A DNA stretch of 64,000 nucleotides. Source: Myxococcota bacterium. GTDB taxonomy: Bacteria > Myxococcota_A > UBA796 > UBA2385. The translations under genes were made by a program, and so were the position numbers. Below, one piece after another: positions 48,241 through 57,160 of the stretch. The first letter of the stretch is position 1. Each line of letters begins with the position of its first letter. Below the pieces are notes generated by a model. That model did no database searches. It was not told the DNA's origin and was given only the letters and a program-made list of their open reading frames with translations. The stretch covers positions 1 to 64,000 of the forward strand of contig JBIJDH010000027.1 in the NCBI GenBank assembly GCA_044344255.1, read 5' to 3'.

Positions 48241-48579
48241 ATGACCATCTTCGACCGCATCATCCGTCGGGAGATCCCCGCGACCATCGTCTACGAAACA
48301 GAAGACGTCCTCGCCTTCCGAGACGTCAACCCCGTCGCGCCTGTCCACGTCCTGGTCATCCCAAAGAAGCCCATCGTGAACCTCGCCGGCGCGGAGGCCT
48401 CCGATCTAGAAGTCCTCGGCAAGCTGATGCTCGCCGCCGCCGAAGTCGCCCGACAAGAGGGCCTCGAGGCGGGCGGCTTCCGTGTCGTCACCAATTCCGG
48501 CGCCGGAGCCGGGCAGAGCGTGTTTCACCTGCACCTCCACGTCATCGGCGGGCGCCCGCTGCGGTGGCCGCCGGGCTGA
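48241..48579 (+). CDS. histidine triad (HIT) nucleotide-binding protein
   Basis: MTIFDRII, AFRD..PVAPVH and GQSVFHLHLHVIGGR..WPPG motifs. Confidence 0.95.
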   Translation: MTIFDRIIRREIPATIVYETEDVLAFRDVNPVAPVHVLVIPKKPIVNLAGAEASDLEVLGKLMLAAAEVARQEGLEAGGFRVVTNSGAGAGQSVFHLHLHVIGGRPLRWPPG

Positions 48580-48665
48580 GCGCCGAGCCCCTGCGCGCGG
48601 AACGTCGAGGGAGCCCGGGCGGCGGCGGTATTCCCTGCTAAGGTGACCTCCCGGTGGAGGCCGCC

Positions 48666-50543
48666 ATGTCCGTATCTCGCCCCGTCCTGCTCCTACTCAC
48701 CCTGCTGGGCGCCTGCTCGGACTACGAGCTGAACCCCAAGGAGGACGCCCTCCCAGGGCGGGACACGAACACGCCCGACGACGAGGACACCGGCCCCGAC
48801 TCCGTGATCGTCGACGCTTGCAATGGCGTCGACGAGCCGCCGGTGGGTGATGTGTCGCTGAACACCGAGTGCGAGGTCGAGCTCAGCACAGGCACCTTCA
48901 CCCCGCAAGTGGAGTGGACTTACGGTTCGAGCGCGTACTGCGGGCCGGCCGGCGTCGCCCAGACGATGGACACGAACGGCAGCGGCGGCATCGACGACGA
49001 CGACCTCCCCCTCGTCTTCATCTACCAGAACCAGCGGGTGGTGGCCCTCTACGGAGACTCCGGCAGCGTCGCCTGGACCACGTCTGGCGCCTACGGTCAG
49101 GACGGCGGCTTCGCGATCGGCGACGTCGACGACGACGGGTGGCCCGACGTCGTCACCGCCGATGGCAGCAAGGTCTGTGCCCTCGAGGGCGACACGGGCT
49201 CCGAGAAGTGGTGCCGGAACGGCCTCTCCGACAGCCTTGACCCGCTCGGGTACAGCTACCCCTCGATCGCCGACATGGACGGTGACGGCAAGCCCGAGGT
49301 GACCGCCGGCCGCACCATCCTGAACGGACTGGACGGGACGGTGCGCGGGCAGGGCGACTACGGCATCGGCGCCGCCCCCTACGGCGGCTCTCCGGGCTCT
49401 TTCTACGGAGCGGTGAGCGTGCCCATCGACCTCGATGGCGACGGACAGCTCGAGCTCGTGACCGGCAACGCCGCCTATGACGTGGACGGCAACACCATCT
49501 GGGCCAACGGCGGCCTGGATGGCCTCGTCGCGATCGCAGACTTCGACGGCGACGGTCAGGGCGAGATCGTGAAGACCACGGGGATCTATGTTTACGGCAT
49601 GGAGACCGACGGGACCGAGGTCTGGGGGCCGATCACCTTCTCCGGGAACCTCGGCGCGCCGGCCGCTGACGACATGGACGGAGACGGCCTCCCTGAGTTT
49701 GTCTTCGCGGCCCAGAACAAGCTCATCGCGATGCACTGGGACCAGACCCTCCTCTGGCGCGCCGACATCTCGGACGCCTCCGGCGCCGCCGGCCCGACCC
49801 TCTTTGACTTCGAGATGGACGGATACCCCGAGGTGCTCTACGCCGACGAGACGAGCGTGCGCTTCTTCTCCGGCCTCGACGGGTCCGTGAAGTACCAGAG
49901 CAACGAGCACGGCAGCTACACCATCCTCGAGACGCCGGTGGTCGCCGATGTAGACGGCGACGACCAGGTAGAGATCGTAGTCGGTCACTGCGACGCCTTC
50001 TCCAGCTACACCGGCGTGACCGTCTACGGTGACGCAGACCAGACCTGGCCGCCCGGCCGGAAGATCTGGAACCAGCACGCCTACTACATCACCAACGTCG
50101 GTGACCACGGCGAGATCCCCTCACCCACCGCCAACAACTACAGCCTCTACAACAGCTTCCGATCGGGCGACGTGGGCCGCCCGCCCTCCGAGTATTGGGA
50201 TCTCACCACCGAGATCCTCGATGTGTGCGAGGACGAGTGTGACGACGGAAAGGTCTACGTCGCGGCGCGCGTGGCCAACAACGGCAACATCGAGGCCCCC
50301 GCCGGCCTGCCGGTGAGCCTGCGGGCGGGGGCGGGCGGGCCCATCCTCGACAGCGTGCTCACCACCGCCGTCATCCCCTCTGGGAAGACGGGCGAGCTCC
50401 TCCGCTTCGAGGTGGACGCCGGGTCGATCGGCGGGACGGTGCCCATCGTCACCGCAGACGAGGACCTGACCGGCGGCAGCGCCATCTTCGAGTGTGACGA
50501 GGGCAACAACGCGGGCGCCTGGAGCGACACCGTCTGCAACTGA
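48666..50543 (+). CDS. FG-GAP/VCBS-repeat lipoprotein with C-terminal CARDB-like domain
   Basis: LGAC lipobox; repeated DxDGDGxxE(I/V)V; WNQHAYYITNV. Confidence 0.85.
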   Translation: MSVSRPVLLLLTLLGACSDYELNPKEDALPGRDTNTPDDEDTGPDSVIVDACNGVDEPPVGDVSLNTECEVELSTGTFTPQVEWTYGSSAYCGPAGVAQTMDTNGSGGIDDDDLPLVFIYQNQRVVALYGDSGSVAWTTSGAYGQDGGFAIGDVDDDGWPDVVTADGSKVCALEGDTGSEKWCRNGLSDSLDPLGYSYPSIADMDGDGKPEVTAGRTILNGLDGTVRGQGDYGIGAAPYGGSPGSFYGAVSVPIDLDGDGQLELVTGNAAYDVDGNTIWANGGLDGLVAIADFDGDGQGEIVKTTGIYVYGMETDGTEVWGPITFSGNLGAPAADDMDGDGLPEFVFAAQNKLIAMHWDQTLLWRADISDASGAAGPTLFDFEMDGYPEVLYADETSVRFFSGLDGSVKYQSNEHGSYTILETPVVADVDGDDQVEIVVGHCDAFSSYTGVTVYGDADQTWPPGRKIWNQHAYYITNVGDHGEIPSPTANNYSLYNSFRSGDVGRPPSEYWDLTTEILDVCEDECDDGKVYVAARVANNGNIEAPAGLPVSLRAGAGGPILDSVLTTAVIPSGKTGELLRFEVDAGSIGGTVPIVTADEDLTGGSAIFECDEGNNAGAWSDTVCN

Positions 50544-50566
50544 GCCCTCGGGCTCCGCAGGCGCGC

Positions 50567-52519
50567 TTACAGGCCGGCGCCGAAGAAGACCTCGACGGAG
50601 CCGGCATCATCACCGCGATCGGAGTTTCCGGGCGCGCCGATCAAGAGGTCGCGGTAGCCGTCCCCGCCGAGGTCAGCGCCGAGCGAGAGGGCGGCGCCGG
50701 ACTCCTCGTGGCGCTCGGTGCCCTCGAAGAAGGCGTCGGCGAACTTGAGCTCCACCGCCCCGGCCACCGGCCCGTAGAGGAGGTAGGTCATCCCGGAGGC
50801 GGTGCCGGCCTGATCCATGCCGGGCGCGCCAAATGCGAAGTCGAGCGCCCCGTCGGCGTTCACGTCGCCGCCGCCCGCCACGGCCGCGCCGGCCATGTCG
50901 TTGGTGAACTCACCGGCGAAGGTGACCGCGGCGACGCTGGCGTCGGTCACGCCGCTGAGCGGGCCGTAGAAGAGGTAGGCGCCGCCGACGTCGGAGCCGG
51001 CCTGATCGAGGCCGGGCGCGCCGGCGAGGAGGTCGGGCAGGCCGTCTCCGTTACAGTCACCCACGGCCGCCAGGGAGGCGCCGAGCTCGCTCTCGGCCTC
51101 AACCGCGTTGATCTCCGCATCGGCGTCGGAGAGGGAGGAGAGTGCGGTGCCGGGGCCATAGACCACCCACAGCCGCCCCTCCGAGCTGCGCTGCGGGGAG
51201 CCGAAGGCGAGGTCGTCGAGCCCATCCCCGTCGATGTCGCCGAGCGAGACAACAGCGGCGAGGTCGCCCGAGGCACCGCGGACCTCATGCCCGATCGCCT
51301 CCACCGAGCCGCCGCCGCCGAGCGGGCCCGAGATGAGGTAGACCGCGTCCTTCTCCGGCGCACCCACGACGAGGTCTGCGGCGCCGTCGCCGTTCAGGTC
51401 GCCCGCGGCCGCGGCGAGGTCAGCCCCCCCGGCGAGCGGCCCCACGAGCTTCCAGGGCAGGTCGAGCAGCGCGCCTCCCTCCTGGGGGCCGGTCCACAGC
51501 CAGACCGCGCCGGCCCCGCCCTCCGCGCCGGCCGAGCCGAGGGCCACGTCGCCGTAGCCGTCCCCGTCGATGTCACCTACGACAGCGAGGTCGGTGAGCG
51601 GGGCCTCGGCGGCGCCGATCCGGAGGGCATCCACGGAGGAGAGGTCGAGCTCCCCGCCGATCGCCCCCTCCACCAGCGCCGCCGCGCCCACCCCGGCGTG
51701 GCCAGGGGCCAAGAGCACGAGGTCGCCCCGCCCGTCTCCGCCGAGGTCGCCTCGGCTGTCCAGGCGCTCACCGGCCCGATCGCTGTTCGCCACGCCGACG
51801 ACGCGGGCGTCGGCAGCCTCGAGGGAGAGCGTCCCCTCGTAGAGGCAGCCCGCAGCGGTGCCGTCGCAGTCATCGTCGACGCCGTTCCCACACAGCTCCT
51901 CGGCGTCGGGGTGGACCGTCGCGACCGCGTCATCACAGTCCTCTGCGGAGAGCTCGGTGTAGGGCGCCTCGGCGAGGCAGAGGCAGAGCGTCTGCTCTCC
52001 GCCGTATCCGTCGGCGTCGAGGTCACCGTAGAAGGCGATGCAGCCGTCTGAGCCCTCGCCGTTGGCCTCCCCGTCACAGTCATCGTCGGCGAGGGTGGTG
52101 CAAGCCTCGGTGGCGCCCGGGTGAACGTCGGCGTCCACGTCGTCGCAGTCGGTGGTGTCTCCCACGAGCCCGGCGTCGTCTCCGCAGCTCAGCTCCGGGT
52201 GGTCGGGGTCGCCGAACCCATCCCCGTCCGCGTCTCGGTACAGGAGCTCCCCATCGGTGAGGCCGTCGTCCGCGGTGTCGACGAACCCATCACAGTCGTC
52301 GTCCTTGCCGTTACAGATCTCGGTCGCGCCGGGGAGCACTGCGCCGTCCGTGTCATCACAGTCCTCAGACGCCGGGACACCGTCCTGGTCTTCGTCGAGG
52401 GTGGGCAAGGTGGCCGCCTTGGATCCCTGGACCCCGCCCCCACAGCCCGTCAGGGAGGGAGCGGCCACGAGGAGCGCCACAGCGGAGACGACGGTGAAGG
52501 CAAGGCGGGGGGTGCTCAC
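50567..52519 (-). CDS. lipoprotein with DCDD putative metal-binding motifs and integrin-alpha FG-GAP propeller
   Basis: LTGC lipobox; DCDD...PGATE.C...DDDCDG x3; GDxNGDGxxDLxxGAP repeats. Confidence 0.87.
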   Translation of the reverse strand: MSTPRLAFTVVSAVALLVAAPSLTGCGGGVQGSKAATLPTLDEDQDGVPASEDCDDTDGAVLPGATEICNGKDDDCDGFVDTADDGLTDGELLYRDADGDGFGDPDHPELSCGDDAGLVGDTTDCDDVDADVHPGATEACTTLADDDCDGEANGEGSDGCIAFYGDLDADGYGGEQTLCLCLAEAPYTELSAEDCDDAVATVHPDAEELCGNGVDDDCDGTAAGCLYEGTLSLEAADARVVGVANSDRAGERLDSRGDLGGDGRGDLVLLAPGHAGVGAAALVEGAIGGELDLSSVDALRIGAAEAPLTDLAVVGDIDGDGYGDVALGSAGAEGGAGAVWLWTGPQEGGALLDLPWKLVGPLAGGADLAAAAGDLNGDGAADLVVGAPEKDAVYLISGPLGGGGSVEAIGHEVRGASGDLAAVVSLGDIDGDGLDDLAFGSPQRSSEGRLWVVYGPGTALSSLSDADAEINAVEAESELGASLAAVGDCNGDGLPDLLAGAPGLDQAGSDVGGAYLFYGPLSGVTDASVAAVTFAGEFTNDMAGAAVAGGGDVNADGALDFAFGAPGMDQAGTASGMTYLLYGPVAGAVELKFADAFFEGTERHEESGAALSLGADLGGDGYRDLLIGAPGNSDRGDDAGSVEVFFGAGL

Positions 52520-52538
52520 GGGGCGCTCCGAGGGACCC

Positions 52539-54065
52539 TCATTCTACAGGAGACCGCCGCTCCCCGCCCGCCCGGTCGCTCGGCGCGGGGGGCTCCGCCT
52601 CGAAGAGGGCTCGGGCATCCTCGATCGCCGCGCGGGTGTCCTCGACCGCCGCCTGGATCTGGGCGCGGTGCGTGCGGAAAGAGAGCACGCAGACGCGCAG
52701 AAGGAAGGCCTCCCCCCAAGGCACCCCGGAGAGGAAGACCCTCGCGCGGGCGTTGATGCGGCTGAGGACCGCGCGGTTGAAGGCCGCGGCGTTCAACCCG
52801 TCGGGCGGCGCGACCCGGAAGGTGAACAGGCTCAGGACGGGCTCGCTCACCAGCTCCACACCGGGGATCTGTCGGAATTCCCGCGCGGCCTCCCGCGCGA
52901 GATCGAGCTTCTCGTCGAGGGCGGACCGAAAGGCCCCCGCGCCGTGCATCTGGAAGGGCAACCAGATCCGGAGCCCTCGGGCGCCCCGCGAGAGCTCGGG
53001 GCCGTGATCGGCGAAGTCCCACCGATCGCCCTCCTCATCGCTGGACGGCAAATAGCCAGCCGAGACCGCGTGGGCGCGCCGCAGGGCCTCACGCTCGCGA
53101 ACGAGGAGGCAGCCCGTCCCATAGGGCAGGAACAAGCCCTTGTGCGGATCGAGGGCGATGGAGTCAGCCCGGGAGATCCCCGCGAAGGCCGCTCGCCCCC
53201 GCTCGGTGAGGAGGAAGAAGCCTCCGTACGCGGCGTCGACATGAAACCAGAGCCCCTGCGCCTCGCAGAGGGCCGCCAGGGCATCGAGGGGATCGACGGC
53301 CCCCGTCGCCGTGGTGCCGGCCGAGCCGCAGACGAAGAAGGGGCGCCAGCCCGCCGCGCGGTCGGCCTCGATGGCCTGAGCGAGGGCAGCGACGTCGATC
53401 CGGAAGCGCTCGTCTACCGCGACGACCCTCACGTTTTCGACCGGGAACCCGGCGATCACCGCGGCCTTCTTCACAGAATGGTGCGTCTGTTCACTCGTGT
53501 ACAGGGTGCCACGGAGGAAGTCGGGGGGCAGCCGCTCGCGGCGGGCGGTGACGAGGGCCGCGAGGTTGGCCAGCGAGCCGCCGGTGGTGAGGATGCCCCC
53601 CGAGCCCTCGGGGAGCCCAGCGAGCTCACAGAACCAGCGGAGCACCGTCTGCTCGAGCTGGGCGAGGCCGGGGGAGGCGATCCACAGGTTGACGAACCGA
53701 TTGGTCACCCCGGTGATGAGGTCGGCGACCGCGGTCTCGACGAGCCCTCCTCCGGGGATGTAAGCGAGGTATCCGGGGTGGGCGGTGTTGAGGCTGATCG
53801 GCAACACTCGCTCGAAGAGCTGCGTGAGGATCGGCCCCACGGGGCCCCCCACCTCGGGCATCGGCACGCGGAGCTCCGCGACCATCCGCTCCCGACCGCG
53901 GGAGCGGTTCGAGGGCTGGCTCGGCAGTCCGTCCAGCCAGGGGACGAGGCGCCGCAAGACCTGGTCCAGCAGGGCGCGCAGCCCCGCGCCGTCCATCTCC
54001 AACGGCGTAGACGAAGCAGCGGGCAAGGGGGAAGGAGCCGAGGAGGGGGGCGGCGTCTCGTTCAT
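52539..54065 (-). CDS. group II PLP-dependent (aromatic) amino-acid decarboxylase
   Basis: HPGYLAYIP, GGSLAN, HHSV.KA, AGTT.TGAVD, HVDAAYGG and DPHK motifs. Confidence 0.92.
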   Translation of the reverse strand: MNETPPPSSAPSPLPAASSTPLEMDGAGLRALLDQVLRRLVPWLDGLPSQPSNRSRGRERMVAELRVPMPEVGGPVGPILTQLFERVLPISLNTAHPGYLAYIPGGGLVETAVADLITGVTNRFVNLWIASPGLAQLEQTVLRWFCELAGLPEGSGGILTTGGSLANLAALVTARRERLPPDFLRGTLYTSEQTHHSVKKAAVIAGFPVENVRVVAVDERFRIDVAALAQAIEADRAAGWRPFFVCGSAGTTATGAVDPLDALAALCEAQGLWFHVDAAYGGFFLLTERGRAAFAGISRADSIALDPHKGLFLPYGTGCLLVREREALRRAHAVSAGYLPSSDEEGDRWDFADHGPELSRGARGLRIWLPFQMHGAGAFRSALDEKLDLAREAAREFRQIPGVELVSEPVLSLFTFRVAPPDGLNAAAFNRAVLSRINARARVFLSGVPWGEAFLLRVCVLSFRTHRAQIQAAVEDTRAAIEDARALFEAEPPAPSDRAGGERRSPVE

Positions 54066-54220
54066 CGGGGAGCTCCCCGCCGCTCGTGGAGGGGCTCCAC
54101 GGGGATGTACGGCGTGTGGGCGGTGGGCGGTGGCGAGTCGGTGACGATTGTGGCGTCCGCCCTCGACCCGGCGTAACAGAGGGGTGCGTATCGCGTTTCG
54201 CACCCCGCCTGGAGCTGCCC

Positions 54221-55501
54221 ATGCGCTCGCCCCGCCTCTCCTTCCTCGGCTTCGTCCTCCTCGCACCGCTCGCGGCCTGCGGCGCCGATCCCCGAGGGAA
54301 GGTCCATCACACGCCGGAGGGCGACAGCGGGGCCGAGCCAGACGACAACTTCGGAGATGACGGCACGGTGCGCATCACGGCGCCGGCCAACGGCGCCGTG
54401 GTCACCCCCACCTTCGTCGTCTCCTTCACGGCCGGCGCTGACATCGTGGCGGTCACCCTCAGCACCACGACGGGCATCGCGCTCGCCTCCCTCGAGGACG
54501 TCGATGGCTCGGGAGACATCACCGTCACCCTCGAGGAGGGCAACGACACGCTCTCCCTCTACGGCATCGACGCCAGCGGCACGATCCGCAGCCACCACAA
54601 CGTGCGGGTGGTCGTCTCGGAGGAGGGTGGCACCTACGTCGCCATCACCAGCCCGACCGACGGCGCGAGCGTGCCGAACCCGGTCTACTTCACCCTCGCT
54701 GGCTCGGACGACATCGACAACATCGAGCTTTACGCCGACGACTTCCTCCTCGGCTCGGTCGAGCCCGGTGAGCTCCTGAGCTACTCCTTCGAGGGCACCG
54801 GCTTCGTGCGCCAGATCGAGGCGCGCGGCTACCAGGGCGCCGACGTCGTCGCGACCGATCAGCTCGAGATCACCGTCGAGCCCGCCACCGCGCCCCTGTC
54901 CTCCGAGTTCAACGCCCTCGTGCTCGAGCAGATCGACCGCTTCCCCACCGACGGCTCGTACGCCTACTACTGGCCCCCCGACGGCGACTGGTACGGCAAC
55001 CCCGACGACGTGTGGTACCGGGGCGAGCTCTTCGAGCAGGGCGACCCCGAGAACCGCAGCTACTGCGTCGGTCTCACGCTCCAGCTCCTCCTCCACGGCT
55101 ACCAGTCCGTGGAGGGCGTGGACGCGGCGCTCAACGACATCGCCTTCGCCGACCTCGACGAGTTCCGCACCGTATGGTTCGTCGAGGAGCTCTACGGGGC
55201 GGGCTCGGTCGACGCGCTCGAGGCCTACGGGATCGGCGAGCGCGTCACGGACTGGGAGGACATCGAGCCCGGCGACGTGCTCCAGTTCTGGCGCCAGTCC
55301 GGGAGCGGGCACAACAACTTCTTCATCGACTGGGTCCGCGACGACGGCGGGGAGATCATCGGCCTCACCTATTGGTCCACCCAGGGCTCCACCGACGGCA
55401 TCGGCTACAACACCGAGTACTTCGGCAGCACCGGATCGAAGATCGACCCCAACTACTTCTTCGCCGGCCGCATCTACATGCCGGAAGACTGGGTCCGTTG
55501 A
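54221..55501 (+). CDS. lipoprotein with two Ig-like domains and a putative papain-like Cys/His catalytic domain
   Basis: LAAC lipobox; two VxITxPxxGAxV Ig-type starts; SYCVGL...PGDVLQFW...GH. Confidence 0.7.
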   Translation: MRSPRLSFLGFVLLAPLAACGADPRGKVHHTPEGDSGAEPDDNFGDDGTVRITAPANGAVVTPTFVVSFTAGADIVAVTLSTTTGIALASLEDVDGSGDITVTLEEGNDTLSLYGIDASGTIRSHHNVRVVVSEEGGTYVAITSPTDGASVPNPVYFTLAGSDDIDNIELYADDFLLGSVEPGELLSYSFEGTGFVRQIEARGYQGADVVATDQLEITVEPATAPLSSEFNALVLEQIDRFPTDGSYAYYWPPDGDWYGNPDDVWYRGELFEQGDPENRSYCVGLTLQLLLHGYQSVEGVDAALNDIAFADLDEFRTVWFVEELYGAGSVDALEAYGIGERVTDWEDIEPGDVLQFWRQSGSGHNNFFIDWVRDDGGEIIGLTYWSTQGSTDGIGYNTEYFGSTGSKIDPNYFFAGRIYMPEDWVR

Positions 55502-56082
55502 ACATCTTCCTTTGGGCCAGCGGCGCCCTGCTCTTCAGCTGCGGGTCCGCCGCCGGGGGCCCGGGTGGCGACGTCGGCGGCGAGGGAGCCCCCGCCACGA
55601 TCACCCCGACGACACCGACGACACCGACGACACCGACGACACCGACGACACCGACGTCCGCCCCCCTCACCGCTCCGGAGTCCAAGATGGTCGCCGCCGA
55701 CGTCGACGCCGTGCCCGCCGCCCTGTTTCGCGTGGTCTGGCTCGAAGGCGCCTGGGTGATCCCGCCCGCCTCCGGGGAGCTCGCCGACATCGAGATCACC
55801 GGCACCGCCGAGGAGCCCATGCTCGTCCGCCGCTCCGGGGCCGGCGAGGAGGTCTGGCTCATCACCGGCCGTCACGGCGACGGCGCCGGGGGCCTCACGG
55901 CCACCCTCCGCCAGCCCCGCGGCAAGTCCTCCGTCCTGCGGATCACCCCCTACGAGGCGCCCCCCGCCGGGGTGCCCGCGCCGCCGGCCGGCTCCTGGGT
56001 CGTCCGCATCGGCGGCGCCCCGACCGACGCCCACCTCGCGTGGGTCGATACGGCCACCCGCTCCCGCTTGCGCAGCCCCTGA
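55498..56082 (+). CDS. hypothetical lipoprotein with a PTT-repeat linker
   Basis: TTG start overlaps the upstream TGA; LFSC lipobox; (PTT)n linker. Confidence 0.6.
   Translation: MNIFLWASGALLFSCGSAAGGPGGDVGGEGAPATITPTTPTTPTTPTTPTTPTSAPLTAPESKMVAADVDAVPAALFRVVWLEGAWVIPPASGELADIEITGTAEEPMLVRRSGAGEEVWLITGRHGDGAGGLTATLRQPRGKSSVLRITPYEAPPAGVPAPPAGSWVVRIGGAPTDAHLAWVDTATRSRLRSP
55606..55656 (+). repeat. perfect 9-bp tandem repeat (ccgacgaca)x5 plus partial
   Basis: Copies start at 55606, 55615, 55624, 55633 and 55642, with a partial at 55651. Confidence 0.92.
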
Positions 56083-56157
56083 CCCTCAGGGCAAGCTCTT
56101 CCCGCGTCCGACGAGCCCCGCCGCGGGAGAGGGCGACGCTCGGGTGACGGAGGGGCG

Positions 56158-56838
56158 ATGCGCTTCGACGCGGTTCAGATCCTCGGAAAGGAGCTCCGCC
56201 GGGACCCCGAGCGGGCGCTCCGAGAGCTCCGCGCCCGCTCCGCCGCGGCCTCCGTGGCGCTTCGCCGGGGCGCGCGCTTCGCCCTCTCCCTCGAGGCCCC
56301 CCTTCGCGGGCAGCGAGAGGCGGGGAGCCAGATCGTGGCGCGCCTGCTCGCCGAGCTCGGCGTGCCGGAGCAGGCGATCTTGCTCGATGAGTCCACCCGA
56401 TCGACGCGGGAGGAGGCCCTCCACGGCTGCCGCTGGGCAGAGCAGCGCGGCTGGGGGCGGGTGCTGGTCGTCACGACGGCCTACCACGTGCCCCGCGCTC
56501 GGCGTCAGTTCGAAGAGGCCTTCGGGCCCGGTCGGGTGGCCGTGCACGCCCCGGAGGCCCTGCTGCGGGGCGCCACGCCCCTGGAGCGCCGCTGGATCGA
56601 GGCCGGCAGCCCCACCGCGGACGCCTTTCGAGCGGAGCTCGCGATCGAGGCCCTGCTCGCCAACCTCGCCCGCGGCGTCTCACTCTTGCCCTCACGGCTC
56701 CGTTGGGAGCTCGAGGTGCGGGCCGGGGCCGCCCTCCGCGGCATCGACGACCGCCGGGCAGCCAAGGCGGGCGCCGCCAGAGAACACGCAGCCAAGGGCG
56801 ACGCAGCCAAAAACGAAGAAACCCGGAGATCGGGCTGA
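56158..56838 (+). CDS. YdcF/DUF218 family protein
   Basis: DAVQILG, EA, LGVP...ILLDESTRSTREEA and VVTTAYHVPRA motifs. Confidence 0.85.
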   Translation: MRFDAVQILGKELRRDPERALRELRARSAAASVALRRGARFALSLEAPLRGQREAGSQIVARLLAELGVPEQAILLDESTRSTREEALHGCRWAEQRGWGRVLVVTTAYHVPRARRQFEEAFGPGRVAVHAPEALLRGATPLERRWIEAGSPTADAFRAELAIEALLANLARGVSLLPSRLRWELEVRAGAALRGIDDRRAAKAGAAREHAAKGDAAKNEETRRSG

Positions 56839-56887
56839 TCTCCGGGCTGCAGCGGTGCGGGCCTCGCGGCCGGTCGCCCTGGGCGGG

Positions 56888-57040
56888 CTACCAGTTGCTG
56901 GCGCGGTGAACGGGCTTCATACGCCCGCCGGCCTTGCGGACCTTGAGGTGGCCAGTCTTCCGAAGGCGGACCTTCTTGTGCTTGGCTTTGAGCTTCGCGC
57001 GGTGACGCGCGGACTTGTGAGAGCGGACGGAGCTGGCCAT
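56888..57040 (-). CDS. very basic small protein (50 aa), absent from the ORF track
   Basis: Translated by hand: MASSVRSHKSARHRAKLKAKHKKVRLRKTGHLKVRKAGGRMKPVHRASNW. GGAG RBS 6 nt before the ATG. Confidence 0.75.
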   Translation of the reverse strand: MASSVRSHKSARHRAKLKAKHKKVRLRKTGHLKVRKAGGRMKPVHRASNW

Positions 57041-57160
57041 GGATATCTCCAGAATCTGGGCCCGGCGGCCTAATGCGATCGGGCCATTGGATCAAGGTCA
57101 GAAGTGAGCGCACGTCGAAATGGAGTCCGGCGCGCGGACGCCCGGGTTAACCCGGGAGCC

